From Balanoglossus misakiensis (Eukaryota; Animalia; Hemichordata), in NCBI GenBank assembly GCA_040954595.2, contig CM082588.2:11111398-11175397 (forward strand): a stretch of 64,000 bases of DNA, given 5' to 3'. Below, piece by piece: positions 41,501-56,790 of this stretch. Both the position numbers and the translations under genes were made by a program. The stretch's first letter is position 1. Each line of letters starts with the position of its first letter. The notes beneath the pieces were generated by a model. It was not told where the DNA came from, did no database searches, and saw only the letters and a list, made by a program, of their open reading frames with translations.

Positions 41501-44500
41501 AATTTTCGTCTTTGCAAAATCTATAAATTTCGTCGATTTTTGAAAAATTTTCAACTTTGCAAAATCTCAAAATTTCGTCGATTTTTGAAAAAAATCATGG
41601 GGGAAAATCATCAAAAAATGACAAATTTTTGACTGAAAATCTCAAATTTTCGTCGATTTTTTAAAAAAATTGTTGAAAATCATCAAAAAATGACAAATTT
41701 TTGACTTTGCAAAATCTCAAAATTTCGTCAATTTTGAAAAAAATCATGGGTGAAAATCATCAAAAAATGACAAATTTTCGACTTTGCAAAATCTGAAAAT
41801 TTCGTCGATTTTTGAGAAAAATCATGGGTGAAAATCATCAAAAAATGACAAATTTTCGACTTTGCAAAATCTCAAATTTTCGTCGATTTTTGAAAAAAAT
41901 CATGGGGGAAAATGATCAAAAAATGACAAATTTTCGACTGCAAAATTTCAAAATTTCGTCAATTTTGAAAAAATCATGGGTGAAAATCATCAAAAAATGA
42001 CAAATTTTCGACTGCAAAAACTCAAAATTTCATCAATTTTGAAAAAAATCATGGGTGAAAATCATCAAAAAATGACAAATTTTCCTCTTTGCAAAATCTA
42101 TAAATTTCGTCGATTTTTGAAAAATTTTCAACTTTGCAAAATCTCAAAATTTCGTCGATTTTTTGAAAAAAATCATGGGGGAAAATCATCAAAAAATGAC
42201 AAATTTTCGACTGCAAAATCTCAAAATTTCGTCGATTTTTGAAATAAATCATTGTTGAAAATTATCAAAAATTGACAAATTTTCCTCTTTGCAAAATCTC
42301 AAAATTTCGTCGATTTTTTGAAAAAAGACGGGTGAAAATCATCTAAAAATGACAAATTTTCGACTTTGCAAAATCTCAAAATTTCGTTGATTTTTGAAAA
42401 AAATCATGGGGGAAAATCATCAAAAATGACAAATTTACGACTACAAAATCTCAAAATTTCGTCGATTTGTGAAAAAAAATCATGGGTGAAAATCATGAAA
42501 AAATGACAAATTTTCGACTTTGCAAAATCTCAAAATTTCGTCGATTTTTGAAAAAAATCATGGGTGAAAATCATCAAAAAATGACAAATTTTCGACTTTG
42601 CAAAATCTCAAAATTTCGTCGATTTTTGAAGAAATTCATGGGTGAAAATCATCAAAAAATGACAAATTTTCGACTTTGCAAAATCTCAAAATTTCGTCGA
42701 TTTTTGAAAAAAATCATGGGTGAAAATCATCAAAAAATGACACATTTTCGACTTTGCAAAATCTTAAAATTTCGTCGATTTTTGAAAAAAAATCATGGGT
42801 GAAAATCATCAAAAAATGACAAATTTTCGTCTTTGCAAAATCTCAAAATTTCGTCCATTTTTGAAAAAAAATCATGGGGGAAAATCATCAAAAAATGACA
42901 AATTTTCGACTTTGCAAAATCTCAAAATTTCGTCGATTTTGAAAAAAACCATTGGGGGAAAATCATCAAAAAATGACAAATTTTCGATTTTGCAAAATCT
43001 CAAAATTTCGTCGATTTTTGAAAAAAAATCAAGGTTGAAAATCATCAAAAAATGACAAAATTTTCGACTTTGCAAAATCACAAAATTTCGTCGATTTTGA
43101 AAAAAATCATAGGTTCGTCGATTTTTAAAAAAAAACCATGGGTGAAAATCATCAAAAAATGACACATTTTCGACTTTGCAAAATCTCAAAATTTCGTCGA
43201 TTTTTGAAAAAAATCATGGGTGAAAATCATCAAAAAATGACAAATTTCGACTTTGCAAAATCTCAAAATTTCGTCGATTTTTGAAAAAAATCATGGGTGA
43301 AAATCATGAAAAAATGACAAATTTTGAAAAAAAACGGGTGAAAATCATCAAAAAATGACACATTTTCGACTTTGCAAAATCTCAAATTTTCGTCGATTTT
43401 TGAAAAAAAATTATGGTTGAAAATCATCAAAAAATGACAAAATTTTCGACTTTGCAAAATCTCAAAATTTCGTCGATTTTTGAAGAAAATCAAGGGTGAA
43501 AATCATCAAAAAATGACAAATTTTCGACTTTGCAAAATCTCAAAATTTCGTCAATTTTGAAAAAATCATGGGTGAAAATCATCAGTGAAAATCATCAAAA
43601 AATGACAAATTTTCGACTGCAAAAACTCAAAATTTCGTCAATTTTGAAAAAAATAATGGGTGAAAATCATCAAAAAATGACAAATTTTCGACTGCAAAAT
43701 CTCAAAATTTCGTCGATTTTTGAAATAAATCATTGTTAAAAATTATTAAAAATTGACAAATTTTCCTCTTTGCAAAATCTCAAAATTTCGTCGATTTTTT
43801 GAAAAAAGACGGGTGAAAATCATCTAAAAATGACAAATTTTCGACTTTGCAAAATCTCAAAATTTCGTTGATTTTTGAAAAAAATCATGGGGGAAAATCA
43901 TCAAAAATGACAAATTTACGACTACAAAATCTCAAAATTTCGTCGACTTGTGAAAAAAAATCATGGGTGAAAATCATCAAAAAATGACAAATTTTTGACT
44001 TTGCACAATCTCAAAATTTCGTCAATTTTGAAAAAAATCATGGGTGAAAATCATCAAAAAATGACAACTTTTCGACTTTGCAAAATCTGAAAATTTAATC
44101 GATTTTTGAAAAAATCATGGGTGAAAATCATGAAAAAATGACAAATTTTCGACTTTGCAAAATCTCAAAATTTCGTCGATTTTTGAAAAAAATCATGGGT
44201 GAAAATCATCAAAAAATGACAAATTTTCGACTTTGCAAAATCTCAAAATTTCGTCGATTTTTGAAGAAAATCATGGGTGAAAATCATCAAAAAATGACAA
44301 ATTTTCGACTTTGCAAAATCTCAAAATTTCGTCGATTTTTGAAAAAAATAATGGGTGAAAATCATCAAAAAATGACACATTTTCGACTTTGCAAAATCTC
44401 AAAATTTCGTCGATTTTTGAAAAAAAATCATGGGTGAAAATCATCAAAAAATGACAAATTTTCGTCTTTGCAAAATCTCAAAATTTCGTCCATTTTTGAA

Positions 44501-47500
44501 AAAAAATCATGGGGGAAAATCATCAAAAAATGACAAATTTTCGACTTTGCAAAATCTCAAAATTTCGTCGATTTTGAAAAAACCATTGGGGGAAAATCAT
44601 CAAAAAATGACAAATTTTCGTCTTTGCAAAATCTCAAAATTTCGTCCATTTTTGAAAAAAAATAATGGTTGAAAATCATCAAAAAATGACAAATTTTCGA
44701 CTTTGCAAAATCTCAAAATTTCGTCGATTTTTGAAGAAAATCATGGGTGAAAATCATCAAAAAATGACAAATTTTCGACTTTGCAAAATCTCAAAATTTC
44801 GTCGATTTTTGAAAAAAATCATGGGGGAAAATCATCAAAAAATTACAAATTTTCGACTGCAAAATCTCAAAATTTCGTCGATTTTTGAAAAAATCATGGG
44901 GGAAAATGATCAAAAAATGACAAATTTTCGACTGCAAAATCTCAAAATTTCGTCAATTTTGAAAAAAATCATGGTTGAAAATCATCAAAAAATGACAATT
45001 TTTTTACTGCAAAATCTCAAAATTTCATCGATTTTTGAAAAAAATCATGGGTGAAAATCATCAAAAAATGATAAATTTTCGACTTTGCAAAATCTGAAAA
45101 TTTCGTCGATTTTTGAAGAAAATCAAGGGTGAAAATCATCAAAAAATGACAAATTTTCGACTTTGCAAAATCTCAAAATTTCGTCGATTTTTGAAAAAAA
45201 TCTTGGGGAAAATGATCAAAAAATGACAAATTTTCGACTGCAAAATTTCAAAATTTCGTCAATTTTGAAAAAATCATGGGTGAAAATCATCAAAAATGAC
45301 AAATTTTCGACTTTGCAAAATCTCAAAATTTCGTCGATTTTTGAAAAAAATCATGGGGGAAAATCATCAAAAATTACAAATTTTCGACTGCAAAATCTCA
45401 AAATTTCGTCGATTTTTGAAAAAATCATGGGGGAAAATGATCAAAAAATGACAAATTTTCGACTGCAAAATCTCAAAATTTCGTCAATTTTGAAAAAAAT
45501 CATGGTTGAAAATCATCAAAAATGACAATTTTTTTACTGCAAAATCTCAAAATTTCATCGATTTTTGAAAAAATCATGGGTGAAAATCATCAAAAAATGA
45601 TAAATTTTCGACTTTGCAAAATCTGAAAATTTCGTCGATTTTTGAAGAAAATCAAGGGTGAAAATCATCAAAAAATGACAAATTTCGACTTTGCAAAATC
45701 TCAAAATTTCGTCGATTTTTGAAAAAAATCTTGGGGAAAATGATCAAAAAATGACAAATTTTCGACTGCAAAATTTCAAAATTTCGTCAATTTTGAAAAA
45801 ATCATGGGTGAAAATCATCAAAAAATGACAAATTTTCGACTGCAAAATCTCAAAATTTCGTCGATTTTTGAAAAAAAAACGGGTGAAAATCATCAAAAAA
45901 TGACAAATTTTCGACTGCAAAAACTCAAAATTTCGTCAATTTTGAAAAAAATCATGGGTGAAAATCATCAAAAAATGACAAATTTTCGTCTTTGCAAAAT
46001 CTATAAATTTCGTCGATTTTTGAAAAATTTTCAACTTTGCAAAATCTCAAAATTTCGTCGATTTTTGAAAAAAATCATGGGGGAAAATCATCAAAAAATG
46101 ACAAATTTTCGACTGCAAAATCTCAAAATTTCGTCGATTTTTGAAATAAATCATTGTTGAAAATTATCAAAAATTGAAAAAATTTTCCTCTTGCAAAATC
46201 TCAAAATTTCGTCGATTTTTTGAAAAAAGACGGGTGAAAATCATCTAAAAATGACAAATTTTCGACTTTGCAAAATCTCAAAATTTCGTTGATTTTTGAA
46301 AAAAATCATGGGGGAAAATCATCAAAAATGACAAATTTACGACTACAAAATCTCAAAATTTCGTCGATTTGTGAAAAAAAATCATGGGTGAAAATCATCA
46401 AAAAATGACAAATTTTTGACTTTGCACAATCTCAAAATTTCGTCAATTTTGAAAAAAATCATGGGTGAAAATCATCAAAAAATGACAAATTTTCGACTTT
46501 GCAAAATCTGAAAATTTCATCGATTTTTGAAAAAATCATGGGTGAAAATCATGAAAAAATGACAAATTTTCGACTTTGCAAAATCTCAAAATTTCGTCGA
46601 TTTTTGAAAAAAATCATGGGTGAAAATCATCAAAAAATGACAAATTTCGACTTTGCAAAATCTCAAAATTTCGTCGATTTTTGAAGAAAATCATGGGTGA
46701 AAATCATCAAAAAATGACAAATTTTCGACTTTGCAAAATCTCAAAATTTCGTCGATTTTTGAAAAAAATCATGGGTGAAAATCATCAAAAATGACACATT
46801 TTCGACTTTGCAAAATCTTAAAATTTCGTCGATTTTTGAAAAAAAATCATGGGTGAAAATCATCAAAAAATGACAAATTTTCGTCTTTGCAAAATCTCAA
46901 AATTTCGTCCATTTTTGAAAAAAAATCATGGGGGAAAATCATCAAAAAATGACAAATTTTCGACTTTGCAAAATCTGAAAATTTCGTCGATTTTTGAAGA
47001 AAATCAAGGGTGAAAATCATCAAAAAATGACAAATTTTCGACTTTGCAAAATCTCAAAATTTCGTCGATTTTTGAAAAAAATCTTGGGGAAAATGATCAA
47101 AAAATGACAAATTTTCGACTGCAAAATTTCAAAATTTCGTCAATTTTGAAAAAAATCATGGGTGAAAATCATCAAAAAATGACAAATTTTCGACTGCAAA
47201 TCTCAAAATTTCGTCGATTTTTGAAAAAAAAACGGGTGAAAATCATCAAAAAATGACAAATTTTCGACTGCAAAAACTCAAAATTTCGTCAATTTTGAAA
47301 AAAAATCATGGGTGAAAATCATCAAAAAATGACAAATTTTCGTCTTTGCAAAATCTATAAATTTCGTCGATTTTGAAAAATTTTCAACTTTGCAAAATCT
47401 CAAAATTTCGTCGATTTTTGAAAAAAATCATGGGGGAAATCATCAAAAAATGACAAATTTTTGACTGAAAAATCTCAAATTTTCGTCAATTTTTTAAAAA

Positions 47501-49829
47501 AATTGTTGAAAATCATCAAAAAATTACAAATTTTTGACTTTGCAAAATCTCAAAATTTCGTCAATTTTGAAAAAAATCATGGGTGAAAATCATCAAAAAA
47601 TGACAAATTTTCGACTTTGCAAAATCTGAAAATTTCGTCGATTTTTGAGAAAAATCATGGGTGAAAATCATCAAAAAATGACAAATTTCGACTTTGCAAA
47701 ATCTCAAATTTTCGTCGATTTTTGAAAAAAATCATGGGGGAAAATGATCAAAAAATGACAAATTTTCGACTGCAAAAACTCAAAATTTCATCAATTTTGA
47801 AAAAAATCATGGGTGAAAATCATCAAAAAATGACAAATTTTCCTCTTTGCAAATCTATAAATTTCGTCGATTTTTGAAAAATTTCAACTTTGCAAAATCT
47901 CAAAATTTCGTCGATTTTTGAAAAAAATCATGGGGGAAAATCATCAAAAAATGACAAATTTTCGACTGCAAAATCTCAAAATTTCGTCGATTTTGAAATA
48001 AATCATTGTTGAAAATTATCAAAAATTGACAAATTTTCCTCTTTGCAAAATCTCAAAATTTCGTCGATTTTTTGAAAAAAGACGGGTGAAAATCATCTAA
48101 AAATGACAAATTTTCGACTTTGCAAAATCTCAAAATTTCGTTGATTTTGAAAAAAATCATGGGGGAAAATCATCAAAAATGACAAATTTACGACTACAAA
48201 ATCTCAAAATTTCGTCGATTTGTGAAAAAAAATCATGGGTGAAAATCATGAAAAAATGACAAATTTTCGACTTTGCAAAATCTCAAAATTTCGTCGATTT
48301 TTGAAATAAATCATTGTTGAAAATTATAAAAAATTGACAAATTTTCCTCTTTGCAAAATCTCAAAATTTCGTCGATTTTTTGAAAAAAGACGGGTGAAAA
48401 TCATCTAAAAATGACAAATTTTCGACTTTGCAAAATCTCAAAATTTCGTTGATTTTTGAAAAAAATCATGGGGGAAAATCATCAAAAAATGACAAATTTT
48501 CGACTGCAAAAACTCAAAATTTCGTCAATTTTGAAAAAAATCATGGGTGAAAATCATCAAAAAATGACAAATTTTCGTCTTTGCAAAATCTATAAATTTC
48601 GTCGATTTTTGAAAAATTTTCAACTTTGCAAAATCTCAAAATTTCGTCGATTTTTGAAAAAAATCATGGGGGAAAATCATCAAAAAATGACAAATTTTCG
48701 ACTGCAAAATCTCAAAATTTCGTCGATTTTTGAAATAAATCATTGTTGAAAATTATCAAAAATTGACAAATTTTCCTCTTTGCAAAATCTCAAAATTTCG
48801 TCGATTTTTTGAAAAAAGACGGGTGAAAATCATCTAAAAATGACAAATTTTCGACTTTGCAAAATCTCAAAATTTCGTTGATTTTTGAAAAAAATCATGG
48901 GGGAAAATCATCAAAAATGACAAATTTACGACTACAAAATCTCAAAATTTCGTCGATTTGTGAAAAAAAATCATGGGTGAAAATCATCAAAAAATGACAA
49001 ATTTTTGACTTTGCACAATCTCAAAATTTCGTCAATTTTGAAAAAAATCATGGGTGAAAATCATCAAAAAATGACAAATTTTCGACTTTGCAAAATCTGA
49101 AAATTTCATCGATTTTTGAAAAAATCATGGGTGAAAATCATGAAAAAATGACAATTTTCGACTTTGCAAAATCTCAAAATTTCGTCGATTTTTGAAAAAA
49201 ATCATGGGTGAAAATCATCAAAAAATGACAAATTTCGACTTTGCAAAATCTCAAAATTTCGTCGATTTTTGAAGAAAATCATGGGTGAAAATCATCAAAA
49301 AATGACAAATTTTCGACTTTGCAAAATCTCAAAATTTCGTCGATTTTTGAAAAAAATCATGGGTGAAAATCATCAAAAAATGACACATTTTCGACTTTGC
49401 AAAATCTTAAAATTTCGTCGATTTTTGAAAAAAAATCATGGGTGAAAATCATCAAAAAATGACAAATTTTCGTCTTTGCAAAATCTCAAAATTTCGTCCA
49501 TTTTTGAAAAAAAATCATGGGGGAAAATCATCAAAAAATGACAAATTTTCGACTTTGCAAAATCTGAAAATTTCGTCGATTTTTGAAGAAAATCAAGGGT
49601 GAAAATCATCAAAAATGACAAATTTTCGACTTTGCAAAATCTCAAAATTTCGTCGATTTTTGAAAAAAATCTTGGGGAAAATGATCAAAAAATGACAAAT
49701 TTTCGACTGCAAAATTTCAAAATTTCGTCAATTTTGAAAAAATCATGGGTGAAAATCATCAAAAAATGACAAATTTTCGACTTTGCAAAATCTCAAAATT
49801 TCGTCCATTTTTGAAAAAAAATCATGGGG

Positions 49830-52800
49830 GAAAATCATCAAAAAATGACAAATTTTCGACTTTGCAAAATCTGAAAATTTCGTCGATTTTTGAAGAAAAT
49901 CAAGGGTGAAAATCATCAAAAAATGACAAATTTTCGACTTTGCAAAATCTCAAAATTTCGTCGATTTTTGAAAAAAATCTTGGGGAAAATGATCAAAAAA
50001 TGACAAATTTTCGACTGCAAAATTTCAAAATTTCGTCAATTTTGAAAAAATCATGGGTGAAAATCATCAAAAAATGACAAATTTTCGACTGCAAAATCTC
50101 AAAATTTCGTCGATTTTTGAAAAAAAAACGGGTGAAAATCATCAAAAAATGACAAATTTTCGACTGCAAAAACTCAAAATTTCGTCAATTTTGAAAAAAA
50201 TCATGGGTGAAAATCATCAAAAAATGACAAATTTTCGTCTTTGCAAAATCTATAAATTTCGTCGATTTTTGAAAAATTTTCAACTTTGCAAAATCTCAAA
50301 ATTTCGTCGATTTTTGAAAAAAATCATGGGGGAAAATCATCAAAAAATGACAAATTTTTGACTGAAAAATCTCAAATTTTCGTCAATTTTTTAAAAAAAT
50401 TGTTGAAAATCATCAAAAAATTACAAATTTTTGACTTTGCAAAATCTCAAAATTTCGTCAATTTTGAAAAAAATCATGGGTGAAAATCATCAAAAAATGA
50501 CAAATTTTCGACTTTGCAAAATCTGAAAATTTCGTCGATTTTTGAGAAAAATCATGGGTGAAAATCATCAAAAAATGACAAATTTTCGACTTTGCAAAAT
50601 CTCAAATTTTCGTCGATTTTTGAAAAAAATCATGGGGGAAAATGATCAAAAAATGACAAATTTTCGACTGCAAAATCTCAAAATTTCGTCAATTTTGAAA
50701 AAATCATGGGTGAAAATCATCAAAAAATGACAAATTTTCGACTGCAAAAACTCAAAATTTCATCAATTTTGAAAAAAATCATGGGTGAAAATCATCAAAA
50801 AATGACAAATTTTCCTCTTTGCAAAATCTATAAATTTCGTCGATTTTTGAAAAATTTTCAACTTTGCAAAATCTCAAAATTTCGTCGATTTTTGAAAAAA
50901 ATCATGGGGGAAAATCATCAAAAAATGACAAATTTTCGACTGCAAAATCTCAAAATTTCGTCGATTTTTGAAATAAATCATTGTTGAAAATTATCAAAAA
51001 TTGACAAATTTTCCTCTTTGCAAAATCTCAAAATTTCGTCGATTTTTTGAAAAAAGACGGGTGAAAATCATCTAAAAATGACAAATTTTCGACTTTGCAA
51101 AATCTCAAAATTTCGTTGATTTTTGAAAAAAATCATGGGGGAAAATCATCAAAAATGACAAATTTACGACTACAAAATCTCAAAATTTCGTCGATTTGTG
51201 AAAAAAAATCATGGGTGAAAATCATGAAAAAATGACAAATTTTCGACTTTGCAAAATCTCAAAATTTCGTCGATTTTTGAAATAAATCATTGTTGAAAAT
51301 TATAAAAAATTGACAAATTTTCCTCTTTGCAAAATCTCAAAATTTCGTCGATTTTTTGAAAAAAGACGGGTGAAAATCATCTAAAAATGACAAATTTTCG
51401 ACTTTGCAAAATCTCAAAATTTCGTTGATTTTTGAAAAAAATCATGGGGGAAAATCATCAAAAATGACAAATTTACGACTACAAAATCTCAAAATTTCTT
51501 CGATTTGTGAAAAAAAATCATGGGTGAAAATCATCAAAAAATGACAAATTTTTGACTTTGCACAATCTCAAAATTTCGTCAATTTTGAAAAAAATCATGG
51601 GTGAAAAGCATCAAAAAATGACAAATTTTCGACTTTGCAAAATCTGAAAATTTCATCGATTTTTGAAAAAATCATGGGTGAAAATCATGAAAAAATGACA
51701 ATTTTTTTACTGCAAAATCTCAAAATTTCATCGATTTTTGAAAAAAATCATGGGTGAAAATCATCAAAAAATGACAAATTTTCGACTTTGCAAAATCTCA
51801 AAATTTCGTCGATTTTTGAAGAAAATCAAGGGTGAAAATGATCAAAAAATGACAAATTTTCGACTGCAAAATCTCAAAATTTCGTCAATTTTGAAAAAAA
51901 TCATGGGTGAAAATCATCAAAAAATGACAATTTTTTTACTGCAAAATCTCAAAATTTCATCGATTTTTGAAAAAAATCATGGGTGAAAATCATCAAAAAA
52001 TGACAAATTTTCGACTTTGCAAAATCTCAAAATTTCGTCGATTTTTGAAGAAAATCAAGGGTGAAAATCATCAAAAAATGACAAATTTTCGACTTTGCAA
52101 AATCTCAAAATTTCGTCGATTTTTGAAAAAAAAACGGGTGAAAATCATGAAAAAATGACAAATTTTCGACTGCAAAAACTCAAAATTTCGTCAATTTTGA
52201 AAAAAATCATGGGTGAAAATCATCAAAAAATGACAAATTTTCCTCTTTGCAAAATCTATAAATTTCGTCGATTTTTGAAAAATTTTCAACTTTGCAAAAT
52301 CTCAAAATTTCGTCGATTTTTGAAAAAAATCATGGGGGAAAATCATCAAAAAATGACAAATTTTCGACTGCAAAATCTCAAAATTTCGTCGATTTTTGAA
52401 ATAAATCATTGTTGAAAATTATCAAAAATTGACAAATTTTCCTCTTTGCAAAATCTCAAAATTTCGTCGATTTTTTGAAAAAAGACGGGTGAAAATCATC
52501 TAAAAATGACAAATTTTCGACTTTGCAAAATCTCAAAATTTCGTTGATTTTTGAAAAAAATCATGGGGGAAAATCATCAAAAATGACAAATTTACGACTA
52601 CAAAATCTCAAAATTTCGTCGATTTGTGAAAAAAAATCATGGGTGAAAATCATCAAAAAATGACAAATTTTTGACTTTGCACAATCTCAAAATTTCGTCA
52701 ATTTTGAAAAAAATCATGGGTGAAAATCATCAAAAAATGACAAATTTTCGACTTTGCAAAATCTGAAAATTTCATCGATTTTTGAAAAAATCATGGGTGA

Positions 52801-55800
52801 AAATCATGAAAAAATGACAAATTTTCGACTTTGCAAAATCTCAAAATTTCGTCGATTTTTGAAAAAAATCATGGGTGAAAATCATCAAAAAATGACAAAT
52901 TTTCGACTTTGCAAAATCTCAAAATTTCGTCGATTTTTGAAGAAAATCATGGGTGAAAATCATCAAAAAATGACAAATTTTCGACTTTGCAAAATCTCAA
53001 AATTTCGTCGATTTTTGAAAAAAATCATGGGTGAAAATCATCAAAAAATGACACATTTTCGACTTTGCAAAATCTTAAAATTTCGTCGATTTTTGAAAAA
53101 AAATCATGGGTGAAAATCATCAAAAAATGACAAATTTTCGTCTTTGCAAAATCTCAAAATTTCGTCCATTTTTGAAAAAAAATCATGGGGGAAAATCATC
53201 AAAAAATGACAAATTTTCGACTTTGCAAAATCTGAAAATTTCGTCGATTTTTGAAGAAAATCAAGGGTGAAAATCATCAAAAAATGACAAATTTTCGACT
53301 TTGCAAAATCTCAAAATTTCGTCGATTTTTGAAAAAAATCTTGGGGAAAATGATCAAAAAATGACAAATTTTCGACTGCAAAATTTCAAAATTTCGTCAA
53401 TTTTGAAAAAATCATGGGTGAAAATCATCAAAAAATGACAAATTTTCGACTGCAAAATCTCAAAATTTCGTCGATTTTTGAAAAAAAAACGGGTGAAAAT
53501 CATCAAAAAATGACAAATTTTCGACTGCAAAAACTCAAAATTTCGTCAATTTTGAAAAAAATCATGGGTGAAAATCATCAAAAAATGACAAATTTTCGTC
53601 TTTGCAAAATCTCAAAATTTCGTCGATTTTTGAAAAAAATCATGGGGGAAAATCATCAAAAAATAGCAAATTTTCGACTGCAAAATCTCAAAATTTCGTC
53701 GATTTTTGAAAAAATCATGGGTGAAAATCATGAAAAAATGACAAATTTTCGACTTTGCAAAATCTGAAAATTTCGTCGATTTTTGAAAAAAATCATGGGG
53801 GAAAATGATCAAAAAATGACAAATTTTCGACTGCAAAATCTCAAAATTTCGTCAATTTTGAAAAAAATCATGGGTGAAAATCATCAAAAAATGACAATTT
53901 TTTTACTGCAAAATCTCAAAATTTCATCGATTTTTGAAAAAAATCATGGGTGAAAATCATCAAAAAATGACAAATTTTCGACTTTGCAAAATCTCAAAAT
54001 TTCGTCGATTTTTGAAGAAAATCAAGGGTGAAAATCATCAAAAAATGACAAATTTTCGACTTTGCAAAATCTCAAAATTTCGTCGATTTTTGAAAAAAAA
54101 ACGGGTGAAAATCATGAAAAAATGACAAATTTTCGACTGCAAAAACTCAAAATTTCGTCAATTTTGAAAAAAATCATGGGTGAAAATCATCAAAAATGAC
54201 AAATTTTCCTCTTTGCAAAATCTATAAATTTCGTCGATTTTTGAAAAATTTTCAACTTTGCAAAATCTCAAAATTTCGTCGATTTTGAAAAAAATCATGG
54301 GGGAAAATCATCAAAAAATGACAAATTTTCGACTGCAAAATCTCAAAATTTCGTCGATTTTTGAAATAAATCATTGTTGAAAATTATCAAAAATTGACAA
54401 ATTTTCCTCTTTGCAAAATCTCAAAATTTCGTCGATTTTTTGAAAAAAGACGGGTGAAAATCATCTAAAAATGACAAATTTTCGACTTTGCAAAATCTCA
54501 AAATTTCGTTGATTTTTGAAAAAATCATGGGGGAAAATCATCAAAAATGACAAATTTACGACTACAAAATCTCAAAATTTCGTCGATTTGTGAAAAAAAT
54601 CATGGGTGAAAATCATCAAAAAATGACAAATTTTTGACTTTGCACAATCTCAAAATTTCGTCAATTTTGAAAAAAATCATGGGTGAAAATCATCAAAAAA
54701 TGACAAATTTTCGACTTTGCAAAATCTGAAAATTTCATCGATTTTTGAAAAAATCATGGGTGAAAATCATGAAAAAATGACAAATTTTCGACTTTGCAAA
54801 ATCTCAAAATTTCGTCGATTTTTGAAAAAAATCATGGGTGAAAATCATCAAAAAATGACAAATTTTCGACTTTGCAAAATCTCAAAATTTCGTCGATTTT
54901 TGAAGAAAATCATGGGTGAAAATCATCAAAAAATGACAAATTTTCGACTTTGCAAAATCTCAAAATTTCGTCGATTTTTGAAAAAAATCATGGGTGAAAA
55001 TCATCAAAAAATGACACATTTTCGACTTTGCAAAATCTTAAAATTTCGTCCATTTTTGAAAAAAAATCATGGGTGAAAATCATCAAAAAATGACAAATTT
55101 TCGACTTTGCAAAATCTGAAAATTTCGTCGATTTTTGAAGAAAATCAAGGGTGAAAATCATCAAAAAATGACAAATTTTCGACTTTGCAAAATCTCAAAA
55201 TTTCGTCGATTTTTGAAAAAAATCTTGGGGAAAATGATCAAAAAATGACAAATTTTCGACTGCAAAATTTCAAAATTTCGTCAATTTTGAAAAAATCATG
55301 GGTGAAAATCATCAAAAAATGACAAATTTTCGACTGCAAAATCTCAAAATTTCGTCGATTTTTGAAAAAAAAACGGGTGAAAATCATCAAAAAATGACAA
55401 ATTTTCGACTGCAAAAACTCAAAATTTCGTCAATTTTGAAAAAAATCATGGGTGAAAATCATCAAAAAATGACAAATTTTCGTCTTTGCAAAATCTATAA
55501 ATTTCGTCGATTTTTGAAAAATTTTCAACTTTGCAAAATCTCAAAATTTCGTCGATTTTTGAAAAAAATCATGGGGGAAAATCATCAAAAAATGACAAAT
55601 TTTTGACTGAAAAATCTCAAATTTTCGTCAATTTTTTAAAAAAATTGTTGAAAATCATCAAAAAATTACAAATTTTTGACTTTGCAAAATCTCAAAATTT
55701 CGTCAATTTTGAAAAAAATCATGGGTGAAAATCATCAAAAAATGACAAATTTTCGACTTTGCAAAATCTGAAAATTTCGTCGATTTTTGAGAAAAATCAT

Positions 55801-56790
55801 GGGTGAAAATCATCAAAAAATGACAAATTTTCGACTTTGCAAAATCTCAAATTTTCGTCGATTTTTGAAAAAAATCATGGGGGAAAATGATCAAAAAATG
55901 ACAAATTTTCGACTGCAAAATCTCAAAATTTCGTCAATTTTGAAAAAATCATGGGTGAAAATCATCAAAAAATGACAAATTTTCGACTGCAAAAACTCAA
56001 AATTTCATCAATTTTGAAAAAAATCATGGGTGAAAATCATCAAAAAATGACAAATTTTCCTCTTTGCAAAATCTATAAATTTCGTCGATTTTTGAAAAAT
56101 TTTCAACTTTGCAAAATCTCAAAATTTCGTCGATTTTTGAAAAAAATCATGGGGGAAAATCATCAAAAAATGACAAATTTTCGACTGCAAAATCTCAAAA
56201 TTTCGTCGATTTTTGAAATAAATCATTGTTGAAAATTATCAAAAATTGACAAATTTTCCTCTTTGCAAAATCTCAAAATTTCGTCGATTTTTTGAAAAAA
56301 GACGGGTGAAAATCATCTAAAAATGACAAATTTTCGACTTTGCAAAATCTCAAAATTTCGTTGATTTTTGAAAAAAATCATGGGGGAAAATCATCAAAAA
56401 TGACAAATTTACGACTACAAAATCTCAAAATTTCGTCGATTTGTGAAAAAAAATCATGGGTGAAAATCATGAAAAAATGACAAATTTTCGACTTTGCAAA
56501 ATCTCAAAATTTCGTCGATTTTTGAAATAAATCATTGTTGAAAATTATAAAAAATTGACAAATTTTCCTCTTTGCAAAATCTCAAAATTTCGTCGATTTT
56601 TTGAAAAAAGACGGGTGAAAATCATCTAAAAATGACAAATTTTCGACTTTGCAAAATCTCAAAATTTCGTTGATTTTTGAAAAAAATCATGGGGGAAAAT
56701 CATCAAAAATGACAAATTTACGACTACAAAATCTCAAAATTTCTTCGATTTGTGAAAAAAAATCATGGGTGAAAATCATCAAAAAATGAC
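49830..56790 (+). repeat. Right-domain block duplications at 5245-bp offset, with further ~1965- and 3434-bp offsets
   Basis: ORF pairs 50053/55298, 50286/55531, 50542/55787 and 50706/55951 (5245); 51967/53934 and 52754/54717 (1967, 1963); 53612/57046 and 53934/57368 (3434). Boundaries are approximate. Confidence 0.82.
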
